NCBI GenBank assembly: GCA_002269645.1 | Contig: NIVC01000416.1 | Location: 62,001-126,000, forward strand | Length of the DNA: 64,000 nucleotides | DNA from: Macrostomum lignano | Lineage: Eukaryota | Direction: 5' to 3' | In this document: positions 1-11,400 of the stretch, one piece after another | Numbering within the stretch: the stretch's first letter is position 1 | How the letters are laid out: each line of letters starts with the position of its first letter | The notes under the pieces: model-generated | Told to the model about the DNA's origin: nothing | What the model saw: only the letters and a program-made list of their open reading frames with translations | Database searches by the model: none | Program-made: the position numbers and the translations under genes

Positions 1-85
1 GATCAGCAACTGGGGATCTGGGAGGCTGGCTCAGCAACTGAGGATCTGGGAGGCTGACACAGCAACTGAGGATCTGGGAGGCTGG
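1..85. repeat. ~30-bp intronic tandem repeat (cagcaactgaggatctgggaggctg...)
   Basis: Three copies visible at the window edge, inside an eIF4G2 intron. Confidence 0.8.
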
Positions 86-149
86 TGGCCTAAGGTTTGA
101 GGTGCGGTGAAGGATTTGAAGTAAAAATTATTAGAGAAAAAGAAATTAC

Positions 150-3100
150 CAGCGGGGACTCCGGCTCCTTCTTAACGGAACCCGGCTGCTGCCCCTTGCC
201 CTGCTGCTGCTGCTGGCCTCTGGCAGCCATCTGCCGGAAATAAGCCGGCTCAAACGTGAACGTGGTCTGCTTGGGCTTAGACAGCAGCGGCATATCGCCG
301 CGCCTCTGCTGTTGCTGCTTGTGAAATTGCTGCTGCTGTTGCTTCTGTTGAAGCTGCATCTGCACAGCGAGAGGCGGCGGCGGCGGTCCAACAGGCTGCT
401 GCCAACGATGATGACTTTGCGAGGCTGAAGCTACTGCAGTGCCACTCTGCTGCTGCTGCTGCTGCTGCTGCTGAGGCCTAGAAGAGACCTGCTGCAATCT
501 GCCTAGCGCTTGCAACTTCGGGGCAAAAGTAGAAGCAGTTGCAGCGGAACTCGGATTCGAACCCCTGACGATTGTTGTTGCTGTAGTTGTTGCTGCTGCT
601 GGTGTTGAACCGTTGCCGTTTTTATTAGCGCTCACGCTGCTACTATAAGTAGCATTGGAAGCCGCGGAGGAAGCGGCCGCAGCAGCAGCAGCAATCAAAG
701 CAGGTTGATGCGGTCTTCGCCAAGCTCCAGGCTCATCCTTCATCAGCGGAGGCGGTGGCTGCTGCTGCTGCATCGATTGGCGCTCTTTAGAAGCAGAAGA
801 GGCTGTCAACAGCAGCGGAGCACCGCCGCCATTGGCACTGCTGCCGTTACGTCCTCCGCCATTCGCAGCCGCTGCTGTCGGGCCGTCGCGCCATTCCTCC
901 ATCATGCGTGGCCTGTCAGCGTCAACCTGCTGGCCAAGACGCCGCGGCACCCAAGCGTTGCGGCGCAGCTCCAACAGGTCGTCGAGCATAAATCGAACCC
1001 GAAGCGGCAGGCCGCCGCTAGCCGACGTTGCCGACATAATTTTGGCCACCCTAACAAAGTATTGGTCGAACAAGTTGACAGCCGGTCCCGTGTCAAATCT
1101 GCGGCCAGTGATGAGCAGCAGGGTGCACAGGCACTCCATGTCCATTGGCAGATTTGGTCCGCTCTTGCTAGCCAGTAATTTTTTAATGCACCGATGCAGC
1201 ACAGGCTCCGGCACCAGGCCTCGGAGGCTGAGCTCGCCGATGAAGCGGAACAGACCGACGAGAGCGCTGAGTCGCCTACTAGCCATCTCTTCAATCTGCT
1301 GCCGGCGCTGCTCTTCGGTTTCTTCGTTGTTGTTACTGTTGCCATGGCTTCCATTACTACTAGCGGCCGAGCTGATATCCGGCAGGCCAGCTAATACGCT
1401 GTGGCGAGCTTCGAATTGAGTCTCGCAATAGGCCAATAATAGCAGTCCGAAACTGCTGGCCGCGGCCAGGCCAATCTGCTGCTGTTGCTGCTGCTGTTGC
1501 TGCTGCTGCTGCCTGACCCCCAGAGGGGGCGACTCAAAATCTGGCGCGTCCGAACAGAGCCGCAAACAGAGATCAGCGTATAAGCCGCTGAATTTCACTT
1601 CATTGCAAGCCTTCTCTAGTACAAGATGGGCGATATCTTTCAGTATCTGCTTGGACTCTATGCCAACATTGAGGACGTCGATTGATAGTTTGTCAAATTT
1701 CTCCGGCGTGAGCTTATTGAGTATGCTGCGGGATTTCATTGTGGATAATTAATAGTTATTGGGATTTGGGAGGGAAAGTCTGGGAAAGCGATCTGGGAAT
1801 CTGGGAAGCCAAACTTTGAGGATTTGGGAGGCCAAGTTTGATGGTCTGGGAAGCCAAGCTTTGTGATTTGGGAAGCCAAGCTTTGAGGATTTGGGAAGCC
1901 AAGCTTTGAGGATTTGGGAAGCCAAGCTTTGATGATCTGGGAAGCCAAGCTTTGATGATTTGGGAAGCCAAGCTTTGATGATTTGGGAAGCCAAGCTTTG
2001 ATGATCTGGGAAGCCAAGCTTTGATGATTTGGGAAGCCAAGCTTTGATGATTTGGGAAGCCAAGCTTTGGGGATTTGGGAAGCCGAGCTTTGAGGATTTG
2101 GGAAGCCAAGCTTTGATGGTCTGGGAAGCCAAGCTTTGTGATTTGGGAAGCCAAGCTTTGAGAACTTGGGAAGCCAAGCTTTGAGGATTTGGGAGGCCAA
2201 GCTTTGATGATCTGGGAAGCCAAGCTTTGGGGATTTGGGAGGCCAAGCTTTGATGATCTGGGAAGCCAAGCTTTGTGATTTGGGAAGCCAAGCTTTGAGG
2301 ATTTGGGAAGCCGAGCTTTGAGGATTTGGGAAGCCAAGCTTTGATGATCTGGGAAGCCAAGCTTTGATGATTTGGGAAGCCAAGCTTTGATGATTTGTGA
2401 AGCCAAGCTTTGGGGATTTGGGAAGCCAAGCTTTGATGATCTGGGAAGCCAAGCTTTGATGATTTGGGAAGCCAAGTTTTGGTGATTTGGGAAGCCGAGC
2501 TTTGAGGATTTGGGAAGCCGAGCTTTGAGGAACTGGGAAGCCAAGATTTGAGGATTTGGGAAGCCAAGTTTTGAGGATTTGGGAAGCCGAGCCTTGAGGA
2601 TTTGGGAAGCCAAGCTTTGATGATCTGGGAAACCAAGCTTTGAGGATTTGGGAGGCCAAGATTTGAGGATCTGGGAAGCCAAGCTTTCAGGATTTGGGAA
2701 GCCAAGATTTGAGGATTTTGGAGGCCAAGATTTAAGGATCTGGGAAGCCCCAAGATTTGAGGATCTGGGAAGCCAAGATTTGAGGATTTGGGAGGCCGAG
2801 ATTTGAGGATCTGGGAAGCCAAGCTTTGGGGATTTGGGAAGCCAAGCTTTGAGGATTTGGGAGGCCAAGATTTGAAGATCTGGAAGGCGATAAACTTGAG
2901 AATCACAAAGAAGACAGAGTGCGCAACAAAGTGAAAGTTCGCCAAACAAAAAACAGCACTCACCCCTTAACTTTCTTAACAATAACCTGGCGCCGCTCCT
3001 CCTGATCTAGACCAGCTTTGTTCACCTGAACAGGCGGCACCCATTTAGTATGCGAGGGTAGAAACCTTGAATTGCTAGCAGTGCTGTCAGCGCTGGTACC

Positions 3101-3250
3101 AGCTGGGCCAGTTTGAACTGTTGCACAGTTATTGCTCTGCTGCACTAAAGAGGATGCTGCTGCATTGGGCTCAGTCTGCTGATCATTAAATCCGGCTGGT
3201 TTGTAGCTCTGAGGGGATAATCTGCGATCCCCAAGTGAAATTGTCTCCAG
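150..3250 (-). CDS. EIF4G2: eIF4G2/DAP5/NAT1-like translation factor, 5' part (MIF4G domain). Exons about 3250(?)-2964 and 1725-150; the gene continues beyond the left edge
   Basis: The spliced read KWVPP...EERRQVIVKKVKG|ILNKLTPEKFDKLSIDVLNVGIESKQIL...FIGEL...LHRCIKKLL...RVRFMLDDLLELRRNAWVPRR matches the DAP5-type MIF4G (vertebrate KVRGILNKLTPEKFDKLCLELLNVGVESK). Donor GG|GTGAGT at 2964/2963 and acceptor cgcag|C at 1726/1725 are both phase 2. A further donor CTG|GTAATT lies at 150/149. The start codon is unresolved. Confidence 0.9.
1782..2885. repeat. 23/24-bp minisatellite (gggaagccaagctttgaggattt) filling the eIF4G2 intron
   Basis: Direct inspection; frequent unit-length variants. Confidence 0.95.
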
Positions 3251-4269
3251 AATTTTGATAAGAAAAAATTTAGGGAAAATAAAACAATTCCGGTAACCAA
3301 GTAGCACACTAGTAGAAAATTTAAATCTCGGACACACAATTTGTTAGACCCTTTGCACAGATTATCAGTTGTGGCAGCAGTATGTCTGTAATGAAAGTAA
3401 AAAAATATTAAAAATAGTACTCAAAGGGTGCTTAACTTTGAAATGCACTTTTGAAACATCTCTATTTGTTGCCCTAAAGCAAAATTCTGGACATGTTCTG
3501 AATGTCTCCCCTAGTCATGATGCCCTTGTGAATATTACATATAAAAGCAAAAAATCTAAAATATCTCTTTATACATTAATGCGAAGATTTGCCAAAATGC
3601 TTAGTGCACTACGACCTGGAGTACACAATTGGCATATAACTTGGCATATAGAGGGGCCTAGCATGCCTTTTTGGGATATAGCCTGGCATACAAAGATTGC
3701 CAAGGCAGCAAATAGGACCAAGTTGCAAATCCTAACCAATGTACACAGTTAGTGACTAGCATACAAAAAATGACCAAGTTTAAGTTCATTGTAGTCTCTA
3801 TGTGAATAGTTGGAATAGCTAAATTTTGATCAAAAAGAATATCTCTAAACAACAGACAGCTACAATAAATTAAAAAAATTGTCTTTAAAAAATCACAAGC
3901 AGAAAATATAGATTTTGTCAATTTTGTCATGGTATATTTTTGTGTACAATATAAGTCCACTATTGGCATGCATTGGCATATAAGATCTAGGGAAGCAAAT
4001 TTTGTTCCAGCATACACTGGTATATAATCCTGACATGGCAGTGCTAATAATTTCTCCTATAACCCTTTTAGGAGAAATTTTTGGTATATATTTTAGGAAT
4101 TTTTTATTGTTTTTGGCATACATTGGTATACATTTAGCTAAGATTCTTGTTCAGGCATATACTATTACACAATCTGGAACTTGGCCTTATAGGAATAATT
4201 GCAGTTGTAGGAAAAGGTTATAGAAAATTATATGGCCAAATTTGTACATTCTTAAATTTTTTTAGTAGG

Positions 4270-6486
4270 GTACCTGTTCATTTTGGCAACAAATCATTTT
4301 TGGTGACACCCATTTCAGCAACAGGTCAATTTGGCGATGACCATTTTGGCGACAAATATGATAGAAAAATTACAAGTATCTATGGTACAGTGAACTACCC
4401 CCCAGCTGACGTAACCCCTTAGTAGGTATTTTGTTGAAACTGTTTTAGAATTGAATGCTTAAGTTTCAGACTTGTTTTACTATACATGTATTATCTGATT
4501 AATACTTTCACTGTCCCTCTATGTACATCACGTATATCATGCTTTGCCCAAGTGACTATCAGTTCACCTACCCCATCTCTCTCGTCTAATCAATTCCAAT
4601 CTGATTGGTATAATATGAGCCTATGTGGCAGAGTGGAATAATGGCAAAAATACAAGTGCGTGCTACCATTGTGCTATAATTCAAAGCAAGCCTTGCAGCG
4701 TGCGTAGTTGGTTGCTTATTGCACATTGGAGATCACAAGAACATGAAGCACATTGTACAGCTTGCAAAACCGGGAAAGAATGGGGAGAAAGAGGTGCTAT
4801 AAAAGCAATCAGTTGGTGTCATGTGCTGACTTCTCAGTCAGCCAATCATGTCTAGTTGTGTTATGTGCAATGTCAGAGTTTGCAAGGGCTAGAGTATGAT
4901 GGATGTCGCAGATGGCAGCATCGAACTTGCAACACTGGCATTACTCAGGAAGAGTACTACCAGCTAAACAAGCTAGATGGCTTCAACTAGCTGTGCAACT
5001 TGTGCTCATAGCAGCACCAGCCTGATGAGCATAAGCAGCACCAGCCTGAGCAGCACCAGCCTGATGAGCATGAGCAGCACCAGCCTGATGAGCACGTGCA
5101 GCACCAGCCTGATGAGCACGGGTAGCACCAACCTGATGAGCATAAGCGGCACCAGCCTAATGAACATCAGCACAAACATTGGCAAGAGCAGCAATGGCAA
5201 AGTACCCAAAGTACCCCTTCCATTGCAGCAGCACAAACCGCGAATAATAGTGCAATTTGAAATTGTTATTGGTGGGTTGACCAAAGGCAAGGACTCACTT
5301 GTAGTTGATGGGAGGTTTATGTTTGTCGTCAGCCGCAGGCAAAATAAGGTGGTGTACTAGAGATGCACCAAGTGCAATGCTAGCACAACATGCTCTGCTA
5401 CTGTGATGCAACAAGGCAACTTGTTCACGCGAGGCCCCGCACAGCACAACCACGAGGGAGGAGCAGCACAGACAAGCCAAGTGGCAGAGGCTGCGGTAGG
5501 CTGTTGCAGCACAAGCTAAACAGCAGCTTTTCACACTGGCACCACAAATTGCACACAAAGAGATACTAGCTGTTTTTGACACCTTTTAGCATAAACCACA
5601 GATTCCCAATCCACAACTACTAGCCCATACTGCAAACACATTTTACACACTCCAAAGCACAGTCAAAGATGATAAGCTCAATAGGCTCTGCAACTATTTC
5701 CAGGGCACATGGATTTGCAACTCTAACTGGCAAGTGCATGAACTCTTAGTCTTCTGGTTATTGATTAGAAAGAACGACACCAAGGGATGGCACAATAAGC
5801 TTTAGCGCCATGCAATGAAGGCCAATGTGCAGTTCTACCAGCTGCTAAACCTGCTGCACAAAGAGGCCCTCTTGGTTGAGATTGATGTAGCATTGGTCAG
5901 CCAGGGTGCCAACATTTGGGAAATGAGGCCAGTAGTGCTTGCAAGACAGAAGGCCTTCTTCTGCCACTAGGTGGAGTATGAAGCTGGCACCAGAACTCTT
6001 GAGGTGTTGCTGCTTGCATGCAGTGGCATGAATGCCTCCATGGAAGAGTAAACATCATACAAGAATTGTAATTTGAATGGACTAACATTTAAAGTCTTCT
6101 ACAAGCTTTTTTCTTATTGTTTCTTAAAAACATTAATTTCTTATTGTAATTCATTTGTTTTACCATACTTTTGGTATCCAAGTGTCCATCAGTGTCCAGG
6201 TTTTATATTGTTGACACATTGATTAGGTTTTACATTAAAAATTGTTTTAACATAGTTTTAACAAAGCTTGTAAAGTTTGATATAAAGTTTTACACTATAA
6301 TTCATTTTAACAGCATTTAAACGAAGGTTGTAAATTTGTGTACATTCTGAAATTTTTTGTTGCTATGAGATAAGAATACATTCAAAATCCTATTTAAGAA
6401 TTGTCGCCGAAATGGTTGTTGCCAAATTGACCTGTTGCCAAAGTGGGTGTCGCCAAAATGGTTTGTAGCCAAAATGAACCAGATTC
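4270..6486 (+). mobile_element. Decayed, internally deleted Mutator-like (MULE) DNA transposon with PHD and FLYWCH remnants
   Basis: Imperfect ~90-bp TIRs (4270-4358 vs 6399-6486) and a 9-bp TSD tttagtagg/attagtagg (4261-4269, 6487-6495). PHD remnant DGCRRWQHRTCNTG...FN*LCNLC (~4886-5006), FLYWCH remnant KGKDSLVVDG...VVY*RC...C...HNH (~5280-5452), and MULE C-terminal YFQGTWI...KGWHNKL (~5690-5805). Confidence 0.8.
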
Positions 6487-6672
6487 ATTAGTAGGCCTAT
6501 TGTTGAAGAAGCAGAAAAATGAACTAAATTATTTGCCATGGTTCATTATGCAATTCAAAAAAGGTTATTTATAGTCACAATGTAAAAAAGATCATTTGTT
6601 ATTGCAACACTGTCCTAGTTCCCAGTGAGCTCCGCGAAACCCACAAACCCAAGGACACGCGCGAAGGACACG

Positions 6673-6892
6673 TGGGAAATGAGGCCAGTAGTGCTTGCAA
6701 GACAGAAGGCCTTCTTCTGCCACTAGGTGGAGTATGAAGCTGGCACCAGAACTCTTGAGGTGTTGCTGCTTGCATGCAGTGGCATGAATGCCTCCATGGA
6801 AGAGTAAACATCATACAAGAATTGTAATTTGAATGGACTAACATTTAAAGTCTTCTACAAGCTTTTTTCTTATTGTTTCTTAAAAACATTAA
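6673..6892 (+). repeat. 220-bp direct copy of MULE interior 5917-6136, located outside the right TIR
   Basis: By eye the two segments are identical from tgggaaatgagg to aaacattaa. Confidence 0.9.
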
Positions 6893-7631
6893 ATAAGAGT
6901 TTCCAAGCTCTAGTGGCTGGTGTTGAGAGTGAGTGGCCTTGAGTGTACGCGAAAGCAAGAGGAAGCCCATGGGCGGACTATATGAACCTTCCTTTAGTGG
7001 AAAGTTGGGCCTTGTGCATTGGATAGTGTACGCTACACAAGACAGAAGGTAAAGAAAAAGAGAACGACAGGCTAGCCAATAGCAATAGCATGTGCTTCTT
7101 TCTCTCCAGTCCACTATGGTAGGGGGGGGGAGGGGGGTGTCAGACGGCCCAACTCTAACCCCCATACCCAAAACAGCGTACATGTAGAATAAGAAGGGAT
7201 TGGGTCCAGATAAGTCTTCCCAAATGTACATGTATGTACAAAGACAAACACAGACAAGAAAAATGGCTCTAAAAACCATTGTTATTGTTACACTGTGTGT
7301 CTATTTTTATTAACTTGACTTTGACTTGTCTTTACTCTAGCATGGTCAAGGATAATTACTGTTACTTCATACCTAATTTACAATTAATTGCATAAGATTA
7401 AGAAGGAATAATACAATCGAGGTCGAACCCATGATCACTTGACCCACCCACCCATGATCACTTCTGATTCTGACCTACATGTATCTACTATATCCTGCCA
7501 GTTTCTCCAGTTTTATGGGTCTTGGTGTCGGTGATTCGAGCAATTCCATTACATTTTATCGGTGCAGTGCGTCTATTAATGCTTAGCTACTTGTATATGT
7601 GTTGCAGAACTTATGCTCGTAGTTTCCCTTC

Positions 7632-8414
7632 TAGGGATGTTGACCCCGGGAGTGCTCCCCGGGGAGCTTGTCGGGGAATACTCTCCGGGGAATTTAACCG
7701 GGGACCCTGGGGAGAAAAAATATGAAAAAATGCATTTGTAACTTAATTTTTGCCATTAAAATAAGAAACTGATTCACAGAAAGCTGATTGAAACTCTGTC
7801 TATGCTCTTTTACCGCATAATTGCTTATTTCAATGCATTACATGTATAATTTGAAACACAACACACGTTTGATTGTTTTTTCACTAATAAGTCATTCAAT
7901 CAAGCAAATTGCACGTAGAAAAGAAACCCGTCAGGAAAAAGAAGCCTTACTGACTAGTGACTGCTGTGCTGGTCTGCGTTGACGGCTTGACGCAGGCGCA
8001 GCGCTGCGTCATGCGTCAGGCACTGACGCATAGGGGGGTGTCATACATATACTCCCTATTAGACAAGGACAAAATGGTGATTTACATATATATGCAAGAA
8101 ATAAAATTCCGATTATAAAAACAGTCTCATTCATTAATTATCCTCTCACGAGCGTAGCTGTTTAGCATGCATTCCAACAAATGCACTTTTCCGATAAAGG
8201 TGCGCGCACGATTTCGTGATGCCACATTGTCAAATACAGTTTAAAAAAACATTGTTTAAAATTTTTACCCCTGCGCCTTGAACATGTAGTACAAAGCTTA
8301 AATCAAAGTTTAAAAAATTCCACTTACAATTTAAGTGATCCGCCGTTTTTACTTATTTTTTCTTTTCACCGGGGTCCCCGATAAGATAATTCCCTGGGGA
8401 ATCGACATCCCTAA
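7632..8414. mobile_element. Non-autonomous hAT-type element
   Basis: Termini tagggatgttga / tcgacatcccta (Ac-like TAGGGATG), subterminal ccgggg-rich inverted motifs, and an 8-bp TSD ttcccttc (7624-7631, 8415-8422) with one extra A at the right end. Confidence 0.7.
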
Positions 8415-11400
8415 TTCCCTTCCTATAAATCATTTGACGTTAGAGACATTTTACAACTCTCGCCCTACTTTATCTATTAGGCTAACTTTATGTATGACAC
8501 GACGCAAAATATTAGGAGCATCAGCGTTAATAATGCCTTGAAAGTCTTTAAATAATCGATACAACACTAGGTATTATAAAATTCCAACCCCAAAGCTCAC
8601 TGGGGCGAAAAGACTTTGTCTTCATTAACTAGTTTTGAGAATGGGTGTGTAGCCACATTCCGGATCAAGTAGTATATGCCCAAAATTTGGGCGTGCATTG
8701 GCCTTACATGCCAAAATTAGGTGTGCACAGTTGGCATGTATCACTCCCTGAAAAAAAAGTATGTGTGCACACCTGGTGTCCACTTTATAGAATCACGTGT
8801 AAGAGTTATTGTAAAGTTGAAAAAATTAAAAAAGTTCATTTTTAAGTGCAAATTTCAAGCTTTCCAGATTTTTCAAGCTTGTAAAAGAGCATCTAAACAA
8901 ATCTTTGTATGTATAAATTTTCTACTGTAAATAGTATTGCCAAAAAAGCATAAAAAGCAACCAAATTATCTAGTAATAAGGGTCTATTATGCAATTTCAA
9001 AAGGGTATTTTATTGTCACAATGTGCATGCACCAACATTTTTTTATGTGCATTTGTAATTATTCAATTTTTGTTCCGGCGTGCACCCAGAATGATCGAGA
9101 CTATGGGTGTGCAGTCAATTTTTTTGGCAGCGTGCATTTGTGATTATTTAATTTTTGTTTGGGCATGCACCTAGTATGGTCTGAACTATGGGGCATACAC
9201 TAACTAAAATGAAAATTCTAGTTTTTGCAGTCCTATATTGATGCAAATAAAAAATACACCAAGAATAAAGTTGCTGGTATCATGAATATGAGTCTATGAG
9301 TATGACAACTTATTTTACAACATTACAATGCATATTAGGCCCTATACATTAACATTACATACAACATACAAGGTAAGGCAATCCTTCGGTCTTCAGATTC
9401 CCCAATATTTATTAAGTAATTTAAGACGAATAATATATAAAAAGAATAAAAAAGAACCATTTGCTAATAAAATGACATTTTATTACTTACTTATAAGCAA
9501 GGCAAAACGCGATAACAGAAAGATAAGTGACTAAGGACTCAATAAGTGTTGTATAGTCCTATGCCGTAGGCAGCTAAAACGGGTTTACAGGAAAAGAATT
9601 AATTAGTTAAGTCAAACGAACCATTATTTTGCGCAACCGCATTTGTCATTTGTATTGGTAAAACAAACTGCTATAATTTGTAAAACCTATTCTGCAATTA
9701 ATTTATAGCCCGGTATGCTATCAAATTAAAGAAAAACTGCTCATAGAACAAAAGATACTTTTTTTATTGCTTAGCCTAATAACTTCATTAATTTCGAAAC
9801 ACTCGTTATTTCTAGGGATGTACGAGCTGATTAGATTCAAATTCAAGGTTCAGTAACCAGTAACTTGACTTTTACTGTTAAAAGAATCAGTTCAGAAGGG
9901 TTTTACATAATAATGCTTATGTTGGCAGCTTAAGCTGTCCAACTATATATGACGATTAGGGCCAGCCATTATTGTGCTTTTCATTGCTGTTACTTTTGTT
10001 GATAGTGATACTTACTAGAACTAGGCTAGGCTAGCACTAGCACTAGGGCTAGGCTAGGCGGATAGGGTCGGTCACATCAATAATTGATCACATGAAAAAC
10101 ACGTATTTCTCTTTTTTGAGATTTTATCTGCTTTTTTCTATGTGCAAAAAACTTAGGCCTAGGGGCTAGGCCCTTGTTAATCAAATTTGCTTTTTTGCAC
10201 ATGCAAAGCCCTCCCCCTATTATTAGCATTTTGGCAATGGCCAATGGCAAGTCATGGCTGAGACCTTTAATAATTAGGCCCTAGGCTAATGGCTTTTTGA
10301 TGTTTTGATTAAAGCTTACTAAAATTTATATAGGCTCATTGGCCATACTTATAGTAGGCCTGGGGACTCTAATGAGATTTTTTAAGTTAAAAAAATTTAA
10401 TATCTTTTAATAAAATATGATAGAGCTTGATTATATGACATTATGAGTAAAAAGACACCTCAATTTTAAAATTTAACCTTGAATTAAAAAGGTTATGCAT
10501 TTTATGTAGTTTTGTATAGCATACATAGGCCTAACTTTGCAAAGTTTATGCAAAGTTATACAAAAATAAAAAATTATATTTTTGTTAGTTTTGTTCTCCA
10601 TAATAGGGCCTACAAATTTGCCATAAAGGCTTGTGATTTTGGCAATCCTTCAGTTTATGATCACTATCTATTTTGCCAATTTTGGTTTACAATCACCTTC
10701 TATTTTGCTTACTGCAATGAAAAAATGGCATGTTCAAAACTGAGACAAAAACTGACAGTAATTTTAAATGAGAAGAAAGCAAAAGTTGGCTGATCAACTA
10801 ACTTTGTTTATTTGAAATTGAAAAGATTTGTACATTGGTTCATTAGTAGCTTATATATATCACTTTTGGTTTACAATCATCCAAAGCTAGCTGTAGGAAA
10901 GCAACCCTTGGCTTAGTATAATTAAGCTTAGTATAATTAGGCCCCCTAATCTTCAGTGCTGCAACCCCCTCACTTTTGGTTTACAATCACTTTTAAACAT
11001 GCACTCAATTGAAATGATTGTGAACCAAAGCTGGCTATAGGAAAGCATGTCAACCCTTAGTATACTTTCTTACTGCCAGTTTCGGTTCACAAGCATTTTA
11101 ATGGGCAACATGTCATATGTTTGGGTGATCATAAACTGAAAGTGAAATATATAGGCTACTGTAACTCAAACTTGCAACTTGACAGTTGAAATAAGTCAAG
11201 TAATTGACAGGTTTTCCTACTGCTAGCTTCGGTTTCGGATCATTTCAATGAGCAATAATATATATTTAATTGTAAACTGAAGGTGAAATATAAGGTGCTA
11301 TGATAATCTTACTATCTTTTGAAATAAACAAAGTCAGTTTGCCAACATTTGATTTTGTTTCATTGGAAACTATAAACTTTATATCTTAGAACTGTTTTTT

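Noticed and set aside
705-1419. Plus-strand ORFs overlapping eIF4G2, and similar antisense ORFs over ERG and GPCR exons
   Set aside because: Shadow ORFs of GC-rich coding exons with no recognisable motifs.
1737-1739. ATG start of the 549-aa ORF
   Set aside because: It lies in the intron just upstream of the cgcag acceptor; the upstream exon supplies the conserved KVKG.
1736-2982. Three 300-400-aa ORFs (SLASQILKAWLP repeats)
   Set aside because: These are translations of the 23/24-bp intronic minisatellite, which lies between phase-matched eIF4G2 splice sites.
8642-9200. Possible degenerate TIR element
   Set aside because: The end similarity is only loose and no TSD was found.
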